A stretch of 63,996 bases of DNA, filler included, from Porpidia crustulata (lineage: Eukaryota), in assembly GCA_964255105.1 (NCBI GenBank). It is 16 parts of 16 records of this genome, joined end to end, with 100 filler letters (N's around TTAATTAATTAA, not from the genome) between each part and the next. Parts side by side here need not be neighbours in the genome. Positions count along the whole stretch, not along the records: positions 12,180 to 16,135 come from CAXUWE010002190.1; positions 16,236 to 20,185 come from CAXUWE010002191.1; positions 20,286 to 24,231 come from CAXUWE010002193.1; positions 24,332 to 28,272 come from CAXUWE010002194.1; 12 more parts are not named here. One strand, 5' to 3'. Position 1 is the stretch's first letter. Every line of letters starts with the position of its first letter. The notes below the pieces were generated by a model. The model was not told the origin of the DNA. It saw only the letters and a list, made by a program, of their open reading frames with translations, and ran no database searches. Made by a program: the position numbers and the translations under genes. This document shows, piece by piece, positions 13,332 to 26,440 of the stretch.

Positions 13332-15459
13332 ATGCCTCCTCCAACTTCCATTCTATTACGATTCGAGAGCAAAGACGGGCAGTTTCGCTTGACTGTGAAT
13401 CCCGCTGACCAGTTCACGTCACTAACATCAAAGGTGAGAGAGCATCTATTGCACGAATCATACCATGTTCATGTTGTACAGCTTCTGATATATCCGCTAT
13501 AGATCTTGGATAAGATTCCCAAAAATGCTGACTCTCGCTCTCTCACTCTCTCAAACAAACCGTTCGGCGGGGAGGACAGAAAATTGAGTCAGCTCCAGGG
13601 AGTGGCCATCGACAGAGTTGGCCTTCGGTATGTATACATACATTGAAAGTGAATAGTTTATGGGCTCACTGGAACCCTTCAGGCATGGAGATAAATTGTA
13701 CCTCAAATACTCCGAACAGCCACCGATCAATGGCCACTCGTCGATAGAACTTCCCACATCCTCACAGATTAATGGTTCCACGAACCGACTGAATGGCCTC
13801 CCCGTCTTGCCTACAGAAGACCTCCCTATTGTCCCGCCACCTCAAACCTCGCCGACAACCGCAATAAAAAACCCGTGGGAGGTAGTCCACCAATCGGCGC
13901 TTGATGATCGGCTAGATAAGCTGGATGGCAAGATCTCGAGACCAAAAGACCAAAAAATGTGCAGACATGGGCCGAAGGGGATGTGTGACTACTGTATGCC
14001 GCTGGAACCATATTCCACCGAGTATCTCGCAGACCGCAAAATTAAGCATCTATCTTTCCATTCTCATCTACGGAAGATAAATTCCACCACCAACAAACCC
14101 GAGCTGAAGTCGTCGTTCATGCCACCTCTAAGCGAGCCGTACTATAGGGTTAGGAGAGATTGCCCGTCCGGCCATCCACAGTGGCCAGAGGGTATTTGTA
14201 CAAAATGTCAGCCGAGTGCAATCACCCTCCAGGCGCAGCCGTACCGAATGGTGGATCACGTTGAATTCTCAACGCCTGCACTCATCAATTCTTTATTGGA
14301 TTTCTGGAGAGCAAACGGTACACAACGAGTCGGCTTTCTTTATGGTCACTACGAACAGTATACCGAGGTACCGCTGGGTGTCAAGGCTGTGGTCGAAGCA
14401 ATCTATGAGCCCCCTCAAGTCGATGAGGTCGATGGATGTACTTTACATGAATGGGAGAACGAGAAAGATGTGGATGAGGTAGCGAGATTATGCGGTCTTC
14501 AGAAAGTTGGAGTCATCTTCACCGACCTGATTGACGCCGGAGCGGGAGACGGTACTGTTATCTGCAAGAGACATATCGATTCTTATTACCTTTCATCACT
14601 TGAAATCGCTTTTGCTGCTCAATTACAAGCTCAGAATCCCAAGCCCACTAAGTGGAGTGACACCGGACGCTTCGGATCAAATTTCGTAACCTGCGTTCTT
14701 AGTGGAGATGAAGATGGTGGCATCGCAATCACAGCTTTCCAGGTCTCAAATTCAGCAGTGGAGATGGTAAGAGCCGATATTGTGGAGCCATCCGCGGACC
14801 CGTCAGTCATGCTCGTCCGGGGAGAAGATGATGAGAGTTCGCCCAGCCGAACGCGATATATTCCCGAAGTGTTCTACCGCCGCATCAATGAGTATGGCGC
14901 CAGCGTCCAGGAGAATGCCAAGTCAAGTTTTCCGGTTGAATATCTCCTCGTCACTCTCACCCACGGCTTTCCCACCGAATCTAATCCCATGTTCAATACT
15001 TCTAGATTCCCCATCGCGAACCGGGAAGCAACTGGCACCGTCCAAGACTTACAAACTGTAGCCTCAAAGCTTGGCGTCACATCCAACAAAATTGACGACG
15101 AGAAGAGCGTGCATTCGGTCTCTGATTTCCACCTTCTCTGCTTCCTGCATGGCATGGGGATACTCAGCAAGGTCCGTAACCCCCCGTATGCTGTCCCCGG
15201 AAGAACTCTTGATAACCCTTCCCCTTCAATACTACAGGATGAGGAATCCCTTCTCTGCCGCGTTGCGCAAAAGCATGATCCCGCGGAGAGCTTCCGGCTT
15301 CTCAGCACCCCAGGCTGGGCTACCTTGCTAGCCATCCTGCAAGAAAGCGGTGAGCGCCCCCCCAAGCGTCCTTCGTCTTTATCTTTCGATGAAGCCGCGG
15401 CCAACCTATTAGACGGCGATCAGCTTGCTAAGAGGTTCAAGGGAGCTAGTTTGAGGTGA
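13332..15459 (+). CDS. NPL4: Cdc48-Ufd1 cofactor Npl4 (zf-Npl4 + MPN-like domain), spliced
   Basis: [20 protein letters not shown] start, [69 protein letters not shown]. Introns about 13434-13502, about 13628-13683 and 15172-15237. Confidence 0.96.
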
Positions 15460-16235
15460 CATGGCGTGCATTTTGGGATTGCGGGTGCTGTTTCAAGCCA
15501 TCGAGGAATGATTCAGCGGTCTTGAGATTCATGTAGGACTGGAGAGCGAGGGAGGCGCGAAATGCATTGAATGGGCGTAGGCAAGCGAAGAAGCATTTGT
15601 TGCGCGTTTCTTACTTGGCGTATGCGACGGTGACGAGGGTATATTCAGGTATGAGGACGCTTCTAGCGTTTGGATGAACCATCAGATCTGGGATTTGCCA
15701 CAATCAACATTCCGATGCAGCGCTACTGCGTCTGCTTTTGTGACCCTCAGGCCTCTCAAACATATCCCATCCACCATACTTGCCATCCTTCGAGCCCAGC
15801 CACTTTCGCCCGAGCACTTTGCTCAGGAGGGGGTATCACATCAGCCAAACCCAGCGCGAGGCCCTGCAGATGGAGAAATCGCGATGGACAGGCAAGTGCA
15901 TAATACAAAAGCATAATGACTTCGCTTTATATGGAAATACAATATCCCGGCGTATATGCACACGCCCAAACTATCCACTTTGGTCATTTATATATGATCC
16001 TCTTATCTACGGAGATCCCACTCCAAACGCCTCGCTCAAAATCAATTCGACTGGATTGAGGGGCTCTCCTCCCTGGTCCCACACCACTCCTCCTTCTTCC
16101 CATCGGATCATCCAAAACCCTTCACCCCTTACCCCNNNNNNNNNNNNNNNNNNNNNNNNNNNNNNNNNNNNNNNNNNNNTTAATTAATTAANNNNNNNNN
16201 NNNNNNNNNNNNNNNNNNNNNNNNNNNNNNNNNNN

Positions 16236-16878
16236 GGTGGAAGACTCCGAGGACGATGCCTCGTTCTTCGTTTCCGGCGTTGGAGGCTTGGAAGCCGTTG
16301 AGTTTCCAGATGCAGCCGAGGAAGGCTATGAAGCTCAGTTCGTGGCCGGTGCCGTAGTCGAGCCGTTGGGGGCTGCCGAAGCTGCCTAGGAGATATGCTA
16401 AGATCTCGCTTTTGGCGTTGATCTCGGATGCGCTGTTAAATGATAGTACTTCGGGTGGCAAGTGTTTTTCCAGCAAAGCGGGCGCTCGCTCCTCGACGAT
16501 TTGAGACCACTTTCTAAAACTAGCATTACCGAAGCGACGAGGCCCTAGGTCTGGTAGAACTTCGTCTAAGATCTTGTTCAAGTCGTCGAGGAGATTGCGT
16601 AAATTTTGAACGGTGGCGGAGAAAGAAACAAACGGAGAATCTATATCCCAATGCTGGATATTCTCGGAGTTGTCCGCAGGACTAAGGATGGAACAAGGAA
16701 ACATTGCTTTGTTCAATTGGAAAACAAAAGTCATGATATCGCTGTGAGCTCTCGACATGAGGAAATCGGAGACATCGTGACCTTCGTTGATGTTCTTTAC
16801 CGGAACGATGAAGGTGTGTGGTGATGTGGCGCTGAGGATGCTGAGATTTGGATGGGGATTCCCGTTCGCTAAAGACAT
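16236..16878 (-). CDS. RRD1: PP2A activator (PTPA) Rrd1, 3' truncated
   Basis: GPRRFGNASFRKW and YLLGSFGSPQRLDYGTGHELSFIAFL. GTGHELSF is the Rrd1-type rather than the Rrd2-type motif. Confidence 0.9.
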
Positions 16879-16986
16879 TTCAGAGGAGAAATGGCGATGT
16901 CCTCCTTAAAGCTTCACGAGGCGAAGATATTCTGATCTGGAAGTTTGTTGATGAAGGCATTGAAGCACTCATCTCCCATCTCATGC

Positions 16987-17093
16987 TACTCGTTCCCACC
17001 CCTCATCGGACCACCTAGCCTAGGGCTAGGGTCTAAAAACAAGCAGTTATAAATTAGACCCTAACCCTAGGTAAGGTGGTCCGATGAGGAGTA
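16987..17093. mobile_element. Foldback variant of the TTAGGG-containing MITE family
   Basis: Begins TACTCGTTCCCACCCC like the 42712 copy. Arms 17001-17036 and 17054-17089 are 36-bp inverted repeats with 3 mismatches containing TAGGGCTAGGG / CCCTAACCCTA. Ends GAGTA. Confidence 0.7.
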
Positions 17094-17934
17094 AATTGTC
17101 CCAGCAAGGGTTAGGGCTACTATCTCCTACAGGGCTAGCTGTCTCGTTCAGGTCAAAAGTTACACTAGTACCAGTAATCAGCGAAGCTTTGCGGCTGCCA
17201 TACTCACATCTTGCCGCTCCTATCTCCAAGGTATTTCTTTCTGGTTTTCATTCTCGGTTTTCAACCCCTACGCCTTGCTTTACAGTGCACTCACTTCATC
17301 AAGTTCAATAATAATCTACTTTGATTTTTGGCTTTGGTACTAGGGGCGCTTCATATATAAGCGTTTGAATACTCGCAAGGATTCTTGTTCACCTGCCGCT
17401 CCCCCTCAGTCTGGTCTACTCGCTGGGTGATTTAGTCAATGGTCTGCTCACTGAAATGCTCCGTGAAGGGCGGTCGCAATACCTGATAATCTTTACAGAG
17501 CGTCAAATTCTTGCACATCTTTGGCATGGATGGCAGGCTGTGAGATGAGAGCCATTTCAGGCCTGCAATAGTATGTTCAAAAAACAAGCCAGTCAATGAC
17601 TCGACCGCTTGCCAGATCTTAGGTACAAGGCGAAGCGCAAGGCCATAATGGAGTGGTGGAGATGTCGCCTTGGTGACGCAAATGCGCATCAGATGTATTG
17701 CGGAAATACAATGACCAGTATGATCGATGTGCTTCTTGCTCTAAACCTAATCATTAAAGGACGCAGCGACTATCAGAAGATACAGAGTATAAGAAGAACC
17801 TGCCACCACGGTGTTCCGCAGAAAAAACTACGAATCACTTGCCTGTTGACTTACTTTACGAAGTGATCAATGACTGTTTACCAATCCTAGCAACGTTGCT
17901 CCCAGCAAGATTAACGATTCTCACCAGTGTCATC

Positions 17935-18941
17935 ATGCTTTGGTCACGGCTTCGATCACTGTTCGTTCTAGGGTTTGACCTATGGACGTGCCACGGAGCT
18001 GCCATCGGTCAAATTTCTCGACAAACTTCTCTCTTACGTGTGCTGATCTTCAAATAGCCAATTCGACTTCCGCAAGCAACAACTATCCTGCGATTATATG
18101 TCCGCCGATGTCTACCAGTTTCAATCGTAATGCCGTACTAAGCGCAGTTCTTGCCCATGTCCACCTGACCGAGGTCTATGAAAGACTCGGAGCATCTTCA
18201 ACGCCACAAGACATATTCAAAGCTATCTTCAAAACCCAAACGCACGAAGAATACATACGTGGCCTCTTGGTGGAAAGCAATACATTCCCGACCCTAGAAG
18301 ACGTACACTTACCCACCATTGTTTGCATCAGAACAGAAGCAGAAGCTGAGACGTATGGGCCCAATATATGGCGTACCTGTTCAGACACCCCGTCTTTAAT
18401 CGACTTGGCGCGCAGCACTCTATTCTTGTGCCCCTCTTGGATACAAATCCCGGTTGACCTTCAAGTTCGTGATCGCCGGACCTGTCCAGCTGTAATGGGA
18501 AACATATTTGTCAATAATGCGCAACACTATCGATTCCCAACCACAAGGAGCTTTGCGATCACAAGTTTTACGCTCGCTCTCTACAGTCTCAGTAATCAAA
18601 TCTGTGGTTGGCAGTGGGCATGGACCCCGGAGGTATTGAATCAGATCCTCTCAAATGATGGGGAGAAGGCGGCTTTCGGAGACAATCGAAGCTATTTTCT
18701 ATTCCTCTTCAGTAAGTTCCACAAATTGTAGTGTATTACTGTCCCTTGGTCATCTAAAACTTTTGTAGTGTTGTGGAACTATTGCGATGATATACCCAAC
18801 GTTGACAAACCGCCGTGGTCTCGAAATCTAGGCTCAAATGGGACTAGCAATGCCTTGATGGACCATGGATTACCGTTAAACTCGAGTTCTCCTGGATCGC
18901 TACTTCAAGGCACTCCTCCCAACGTAATCAGTACATCTTGA
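17935..18941 (+). CDS. Hypothetical Cys-containing, probably secreted protein (3 exons)
   Basis: Signal-like exon MLWSRLRSLFVLGFDLWTCHGAAI. Intron ending ..ctgatcttcaaatag near 18057. Long exon to 18711, intron 18712-18768 (GTAAGT..TAG), last exon LWNYCDDIPNVDKPPW..., stop 18939-18941. Confidence 0.6.
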
Positions 18942-20387
18942 AGCCAACAGAAAACTTGATTTCCTTCTGCATCGCCAAGACACAAGACTCGGATAGATTG
19001 CGAAACCCTTCTGTTGCTGTTAGAGTAAGATGCGTCCAGATTAGAGGGACATGAGAAGCTCAAACGCGTGGAGCGAATTATTGCAAACATATTCGATCTC
19101 CACTACAAGTCTGTCCGCTTCCGTCTTCAGTGACCTAGGTTGCGAGCCCGTCATCGAGTAGGTTGACCGAGACTACTAGCATTGTGCTGACACCCTTTCA
19201 GTTTGCTTCGGAATCACCCCCACGACAGGATTCACCGCCCAAATGCATAACCGCACATTTTTATGCAAGTAAGATTTCGTACATATAGCTGCTGCTTCAA
19301 ATTCCCAAAGCCTACTCACAATTCAGATCTGAATTCATGGCGAGTGTGCTACAATAGGTGCATTGTTCTGCATCTCAAGACACCCGCCACAAACTCGAAT
19401 ATCTCAATCTGCTGAACAACATCTTAGCTTTTTTCCCTACGTTTGCTTGGCATCAAGTAAAGCTTTTTCTTGCACGAAACAGATTTTTTTCCTAGCCTCG
19501 GTTGCAATACTATAGACAATCCTTAATAGTGTTCGCTATATGATAAAATTGTATTGTGCAAAAGTGCAAGGAAACAGCGCGGAAAGTTTGTCGTCTGTCG
19601 TGCTTCCTAGCCGTGCTAGCTAACAGTGGAAGTCGTTGGTAAGAATTCTATCCATAGTGTTTTGCCGGACAAACGGTTCGGATGCTAACCAATCTCGCGG
19701 TCTTTAAAACCGTCTTTTGATTTTCTTCAATAAGAGAGAAAGTAGGATGCATTCATAATAGGATCCTATATCCTCAAACCACATCCACCCCAGCCTTTCT
19801 CCCACGTTATACCTCTCCCATTTTTCATCTTCTGTGTCCTTATCTAAAAAACAGTACTTTCTCTTGTCTCCTGCTTTTCAAAATCCTACGATCCGTTTGA
19901 ATTCACTCAACATCAAGATGACCCGCTACTCTAGTCTCAGGACCAAAAAAGGTTTGAACCAAGATAACCTTTGCCATTGGTGGAAGCGAGTTTATGCCAC
20001 ATAACGAGTCCGCGATTATTTCCCACTCGCTGAATACTACCATCCGCCGGCTTGATTGGCTAGGTTTTTTTATCTTCTTGGTTTTTTGGGAAGAAAGGCA
20101 AGTGCAACCTCGGTTCTGTTGAAACGTGTTGGGGCAGGAATGGTATATTCTACCTACTAATCAAGCCGTCAAGAGAGTCTGTGATNNNNNNNNNNNNNNN
20201 NNNNNNNNNNNNNNNNNNNNNNNNNNNNNTTAATTAATTAANNNNNNNNNNNNNNNNNNNNNNNNNNNNNNNNNNNNNNNNNNNNGTTTATAGACCTTCC
20301 AACTCCGACCCCATCCCTACCCGTCCCAAATACAAGCCTCGTACAATAACATCCTTACATATCCCGCGTGAATCGATTTTTTCGCCA

Positions 20388-22113
20388 TCACTGCGTCTTC
20401 TTCCCACCCTTGTACCTCACCCCGTGACTAATGAGCAAATACTTCTTGAACAAATCCTCTGCGAAATCGTCAAACTTCTCATAATCGGCGCCCAGTCGGT
20501 AGGCGGCGGCGATGCCGGAGACGCAGGCCATTTCGTGCATGTTCTGTTTCCTCGGCGTTAGCATTTATATTATTGCGGGACCCCGGTAAGGAGACAATGG
20601 ATCTTACGACAAGAGTCCAGGAGCCTGCAAAGAGCGTATGGTTCTTCCCGTTGATGAACATCATATTCGGCACCACCCTTACATAATGCTGCCATCGATG
20701 CCCCAGCTGATGCCACCACTTGGTCTCGATGACCTTGTTCTTGTCGATCTCGTCGATGGTCCAGAGATCCCGATGCGTCTTGTCCAGGAAGATGGACTGG
20801 AAGACGTGCTGGTCGTGCGGCATGGGCGATTTGTCCGCGCCCTGGTCCATGCGGAATTGGTGCTGGTAGTTGCTGCAGTCAAAGGCCATTTCGATCTTGT
20901 GCGGATCTTCGGGGTAGGAGTGCGTATAGTACATTGGTCGAAAGCCTGAGGGCTCGCCACCCGGACCGGGCTTTTCGTTTTTGGCAAAGGCGATTTGGTC
21001 TTCTTGTTCCTTGGATTTGGGTTTGGCGCAGAGATCGTCGGAGAAGTGTGTGGTGTGGTTTTTGGAAAAGTAGGCGGAGTCGGAGTGGGTGATGGTGACG
21101 TCGTCGAAGAAGCGGGCACCGCCGAGGACGAACTTTTCTTTCCATGTGGCTGTTTTGCCAAGAAGCTTCTTCGCGTCGTCGGCGAGGATGGCCATGACGA
21201 GTTCGTCAAATGTCTCGGTTACGGAGGTGGGACCGGTGTGCTCGCCTGCACCAACGACTTGCGCCGTTTTGCGTTCGGGGTCGAACGGGCGGGTTTGGAG
21301 GACGATGCCTTTATTGCTGCGGCCGAGGATGGCGGAAACGTCAGTGTTGAGGCGAATGTCGACACCCTTGGAGCGAAGATCGTTTGCCCAATCGCCATAG
21401 AATCGCTCGAGGTGGGGAAAGGTCACCATGAGGGGGAGATTGGGCAGAAGCGTCTGTGGATCATAGTCCCAGAGTTTCATGTTTGGGTCGTCAAAGAGGC
21501 GTTCTAGAATTGCGCATGAAACGTTTGGTGTTTGGTTGCCTGTACCGAGGAAGAGAGCAATGAGAGGAAGCACCATCTTCTCGCCAAACTCTTTGTTGAA
21601 GAAAAACATGCGGAGCATTATTCTTATTGGGACGATACCAAGGACGGGCATGGTGTATTTGATTATTTTCAAGACTCTACCGAACTTCTTGATATCGGCA
21701 GAAAATTGATCAACCAAGGGACTTGGAAAGACGTTGGTCCAGAAACCATTCCTTCCTTTGCCGAATGATACCTGGAGCTTAACGTCCTGATGTGAATGGC
21801 CGTATTTCTTGAAGTAGTTCAGGGTGTGTTTGAATGCTGGCGAGCCTCCTTGTACGCCGTCGTTCATCCACGAAGTACCATATTTCTCTTGATCCAAGGA
21901 AATGGACGTCGCTTGGCCACCACAGACTGACATACGCTCGATTATGGTGACCTTGAACTTGTCCGGGTGTTCAGCGAGAGTTGCAGCGCAGGACTGAAGG
22001 GGTCAGCAAGGAGACTTTGGAAAGGGAGTATGTAGAGTCACCATTCCCGCAGCTCCAGCCCCGGTGATAACCACATGCTTTTTGCCATCTTTGAGAAGCG
22101 GTTTCTGAGACAT
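20388..22113 (-). CDS. FAD/NAD(P)-binding flavoprotein, amine oxidase-like family, spliced
   Basis: Rossmann motif HVVITGAGAAGMSCAATL and ERMSVCGGQA. C-terminal FAGSWTLV/NMHEMACVSGIAAAYRLGA. Two introns. Confidence 0.85.
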
Positions 22114-22460
22114 GATGGAGAACGAGAGCTTCTATACCGTGTCACGAGATGCTAAGGTGGAAAGACGACTCTACTCGTACGTTGTTGATCAATAGGGACA
22201 GAATATCTTGCCACAAGGAACAAACACGATACGAATTTCCAGGTGGAATTCCCATGTAGATGTAGAAAATACTGCAGAGGGCATGCCGGAACGTCAAGTT
22301 CCGTTAACATTCTCCCTCTGCCATGGGCGGCAACTCCTTGGGACGAGAGTCGTGACGTCTGTTACTCTTTTCGGCTACCTTACGCCAAATGAGGTTGGAG
22401 ATTAAGTAAGATCTGGCGCTAGAGTAGCTTAGATCAAGCCTATGCTAGCGTGAGATCTCT

Positions 22461-22526
22461 GACGCGATATCACGTGCAGACACGCTCTATCCAACTTCCG
22501 AGCGACATCACAAGGATATCCGCGTT
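22461..22526. promoter_or_regulatory. Two ACGCG (MCB/MBF-like) cores upstream of TDP1
   Basis: GACGCG at 22461-22466 and CGCGTT at 22521-22526. MCB elements are typical of DNA repair/replication genes. Motifs are short, so support is weak. Confidence 0.3.
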
Positions 22527-22817
22527 CTTGACGCTCTACATTGGTACACACAACCAATGGGTTGTGCGACTCGGTACTCAGACGAAAGTGGGATGGTGGA
22601 ATCCAAGACGAGGTTGACTCTATGTATCAGCCATCGGAATGACTGAATTGCACAGTCTGTCTGTAGAGGCAATTCTCAAAGTATCACCCTATCTTAACGT
22701 CCGAGCTGTTGACCGGTCAAAGAATCTACAATACTTCGGCCTTTGTCGTACCTCTCCTGATCTCATCTCTATCTCAGCTATTCACCTTGACTACATATGT
22801 CTGTTAGTTAATCTATC

Positions 22818-24231
22818 ATGGAGAATTCTGATGATGATGACGACCTTAAGAAGGCCATCGCACTCTCTTTGCAGGAGCAGGAACAGCAGTCAAAGCCTTC
22901 AATAAGCCAGGAAGTCATTGACCTTGATTCTGATAGTGGACATGATGTATTCCCCATGGCCAGACCTACAGTTCCGGCGCCAGTCCCAGGCTCTCTAGGT
23001 TTGCTAGGGCTTGATCGGAAACAAATGGAGGAGGAAAGACTAGCTCGAAAGTGGAAAGCCCCTATATCACCACCACCAACTCGTAAGGTCGCAAAAACTT
23101 CTGCAGCTTCTACGGTTCACTCTTCGCAATCGACTGACGCCACAGTCCGACCCGCTACTGCAAGCTCGGTACCTACATATCTTGATGGTATTGTCAAAAA
23201 AACTTGGGCACTTGGCCATGCAAGAAAGGATGATATCAAAATCGAGGAAGTCCTGCAGAAGGAGCACCTGAAGCTGGCAGTATTGAGCTCCTTCCAATGG
23301 GACGTTCAGTGGCTACTCAAGAAGCTTGATACACGGATGACCCAGCTCTACTTTGTTATGCAAGCCAAAGACGAATCCACCAGATTAGAGTACATGGAAG
23401 ATACAAAAGACATGACCAATTTACGTCTGTGTTTCCCTTCCATGGAAGGCCAAATCGCTTGTATGCACTCGAAGCTCATGCTTTTGAGCTATTCGACACA
23501 TCTTAGGATCGTCGTACCAACAGCTAATCTCATGCCTTACGATTGGGGCGAGACAGGAGTGATGGAAAATATGTTGTTCTTGATTGATTTGCCAAGGCGA
23601 CCTGACGGCGTTGAGATTTCAACAGAGCTGACGACGTTCGGTCAAGACCTTGTCTATTTCTTACGAGCTATGGGACTCGACTCCTCCGTCATCCAAAGTC
23701 TTCATTCGTTTGACTTTTCGAAAACCAAAGATCTGGCTTTTGTCCACACCATTGGCGGTGCTCACAGCGGTGACGAAGCATGGCGCCTCACAGGCTATTG
23801 CGGACTCGGCAGAGCTGTGAAAGAGCTCGGTCTCTCCACACAAGATCCTTTACATCTCGACTTTGTCACTTCTTCGATCGGAGCGCTAGACCTAGGCTTC
23901 CTGACTACACTCTACCTTTCTGCTCAAGGAGACGATGGATTGACGGAATACGGATGGCGTAACCCTGCAGACAGCAGAGCCTATTCTAAGCCCCGCGAAA
24001 AAGCAAACGCTGAAAGATATCGTAAACAAGTAGCAAGCCGCGTAGACGAGGGCTTCCACATCTACTTTCCCACCCACGACACCGTCACACAATCAGCAGG
24101 AGGACCACCTTGCGGCGGCACAATCTGCTTCCAAAAGAAATGGTTCAACTCCCCCAAATTCCCCCAACACGTCCTCCGCGATTGCAAAAGCCAAAGAAAA
24201 GGCCTTCTGATGCACAACAAGGTCCGCAACC
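22818..24231 (+). CDS. TDP1: Tyrosyl-DNA phosphodiesterase 1 family protein with N-terminal UIM, 3' truncated
   Basis: Two PLD-type HxK motifs (CMHSKLMLL, LLMHNK), LAVLSSFQWD, LRIVVPTANL, IYFPT. UIM-like DDDDLKKAIALSLQE. Confidence 0.9.
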
Positions 24232-24331
24232 NNNNNNNNNNNNNNNNNNNNNNNNNNNNNNNNNNNNNNNNNNNNTTAATTAATTAANNNNNNNNNNNNN
24301 NNNNNNNNNNNNNNNNNNNNNNNNNNNNNNN

Positions 24332-25901
24332 GTTTTCCAAAGACAGCTCCAGGATACAGGAAGTATCGTGGTAGATTTGGCGTGCCTGCATTGACAAGTA
24401 CCCGACAACCAGTACCCGCAGCCATCACACCTGTGACAATTCCCCATGGTGTGAAGTACATTGGCTGTCGGGGCATGACCCCTCGGGCTGATGGGGGCGC
24501 GATCATTTGACTTGGGGTTTCAGGTTTGGTGTCTGGGCTAACCTCTGTTCCAGAATTGGTGGGATTTGCCTGTTGGGTTGTACGAGACATTTCCTTCATC
24601 AAAGTCAGCCCTATTGCTGGATCTATAGTGTCCACAACAGGTATTTGTAGTTCCTGCATGCGGGCAATGAACAACTTAGCGGCCTCAAGGATTTCCGAAT
24701 CCCGCCCCACAGGTGCGATTAAGCCTTGCTGATCCCTGGAGCGTTGCTGCATGTTGTTATATGTCTGGCGAATGTGTCTAATATGGAACCGCAGGTTCTG
24801 AATTGGAATCTGGTGTTTGCGTTGGGAGCTTGCGTCATTTGGATAATTCCTACGATTCATATTGCGAATGTCTTCATTGCTCTGACTTAATTCATTGATG
24901 GCGCGAGGATCATCGGGATCAAGCCAGAGTGCTTTGAGGTCGTCACGGATCCCATAGTAGATACCCAATATCTTGGGCGGCACCTCGATCGCCGTTCCGG
25001 GTGGCACTGCTGAATTTAGCATGTTGATTTCCTGTTGTTTATCTTCTTCTGTTATTTCGTCCGAATCTCTTCCGTTACCGCCAAAGGCACTGCGCTCGAA
25101 GGTCGCTCCGTCATCCTCGACCGAAACGAGGGTTTCGCTGCCTTTTCCCTTTCCCTGTTTTGCGGACACAAGTTCGGCAATCTGTTCCGGAGTGAACCCT
25201 TTCTGCTCCAGATCCGCGGCGTATGCTTGAATTGATGCAGGATTTGAGTTATTCTGAGATGATTGAATGGTCTGTGACTCTCCCGGTCCCGGAGAAGCAG
25301 CTCTGGGTTGGGTACTTCGAGTGGGCTGAACATTGGACGCCATCCCTGCTCCTGCGCTACTGCCTTCACTATTTGAAGCGGGAGCCGTCTCGACACCTGC
25401 TGGGGCGTTCTGCCGTACAGTCGGAGGCGTTTCTTGTAGAGAGGGTTGCAACGGCCTTGATGGTGTTTGTGGTGGCCCTAATGCCGGTACTGTCGACATT
25501 GGGTTCGGAGGACTAGGTCGGAGAGCCCGACCTCTAGATGGAGAATTTTCTTCAGACACGACTGGACTATTCTGAGCAGTATTATCAATCGAGGCTGGTA
25601 ATGGTGGCGGTGGCATCCGTACTTGTCCTTGCGGCTGTGATGATCCGGGTTGTTGACTAGGTGGGGATCTTTGAATATTGGATCTGTCGCGAAATGGATC
25701 ATCTTCCGTTGTGGGCACCGGCGGTACTGGTTCTCCCGCAATATTTGTCTTAGACTGACTGTCATGCGGTTCAGTAGTTGGTTTCTGCGTTCTCTTTCGA
25801 GGTGATCGAGATCGTGCGGGTGGTTCAGTATAGAATTGAGGGGTTTCACTTGTTTGGGAACGAGTTTGTCTGATAGGGGAGTGCAATGGTAGTTCAGACA
25901 T
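24332..25901 (-). CDS. Hypothetical protein with long P/S/Q/T-rich disordered N-terminus, 3' truncated
   Basis: More than 520 uninterrupted codons from ATG 25901 to the contig end. No recognisable domain. Confidence 0.7.
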
Positions 25902-26440
25902 CTCTAAGAACTTTGAGAAATTGCTAGGGTACTATTTGAGATTGCTGTAAATTGAAGATATGAAGAGATTGTACGAACGCTTCTTGAATAAAATGAAGTA
26001 TCGACGACGATGAAAGGAAGATCAGATCAACTGTTCTTCTCTTGCGTATGTTTTTGATAAAGAGCATTTTGAATACTTGAAGTTGACTCCTCTTATAGGA
26101 GTTATCGTTAAGCCTCTGGGCTTATGCAAAGCACGCAAACTCATACCCAGGGACCCCCGAGGATGGAACCCGAGTGCCTTTCGCCTTCGAGAAAGAATCC
26201 CTGGGCCCCCAGTCCTTTTTCATAAATTTCCCACTCCCAAGTGGGAATTTGAATGAGAAGTCGGCTATGCTAAATATAGGTGCCAACTCGTAAGCGCCTC
26301 CACCTATACTTAAATCTTGATCCCGACGCCATTTTTTCTTGTAGGCTTCTCTCGTTCCTTTCTCCTCGATACATCCACCTTATTCCTCTCTCTTTAAATT
26401 CTTCATCTAAAATCCAGACAGTTCTAAAGAACTCAAAAGT

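Noticed and set aside
26224..26250. Small hairpin AAATTTCCCACT-CCCA-AGTGGGAATTT
   Set aside because: Short, single-copy and compatible with chance.
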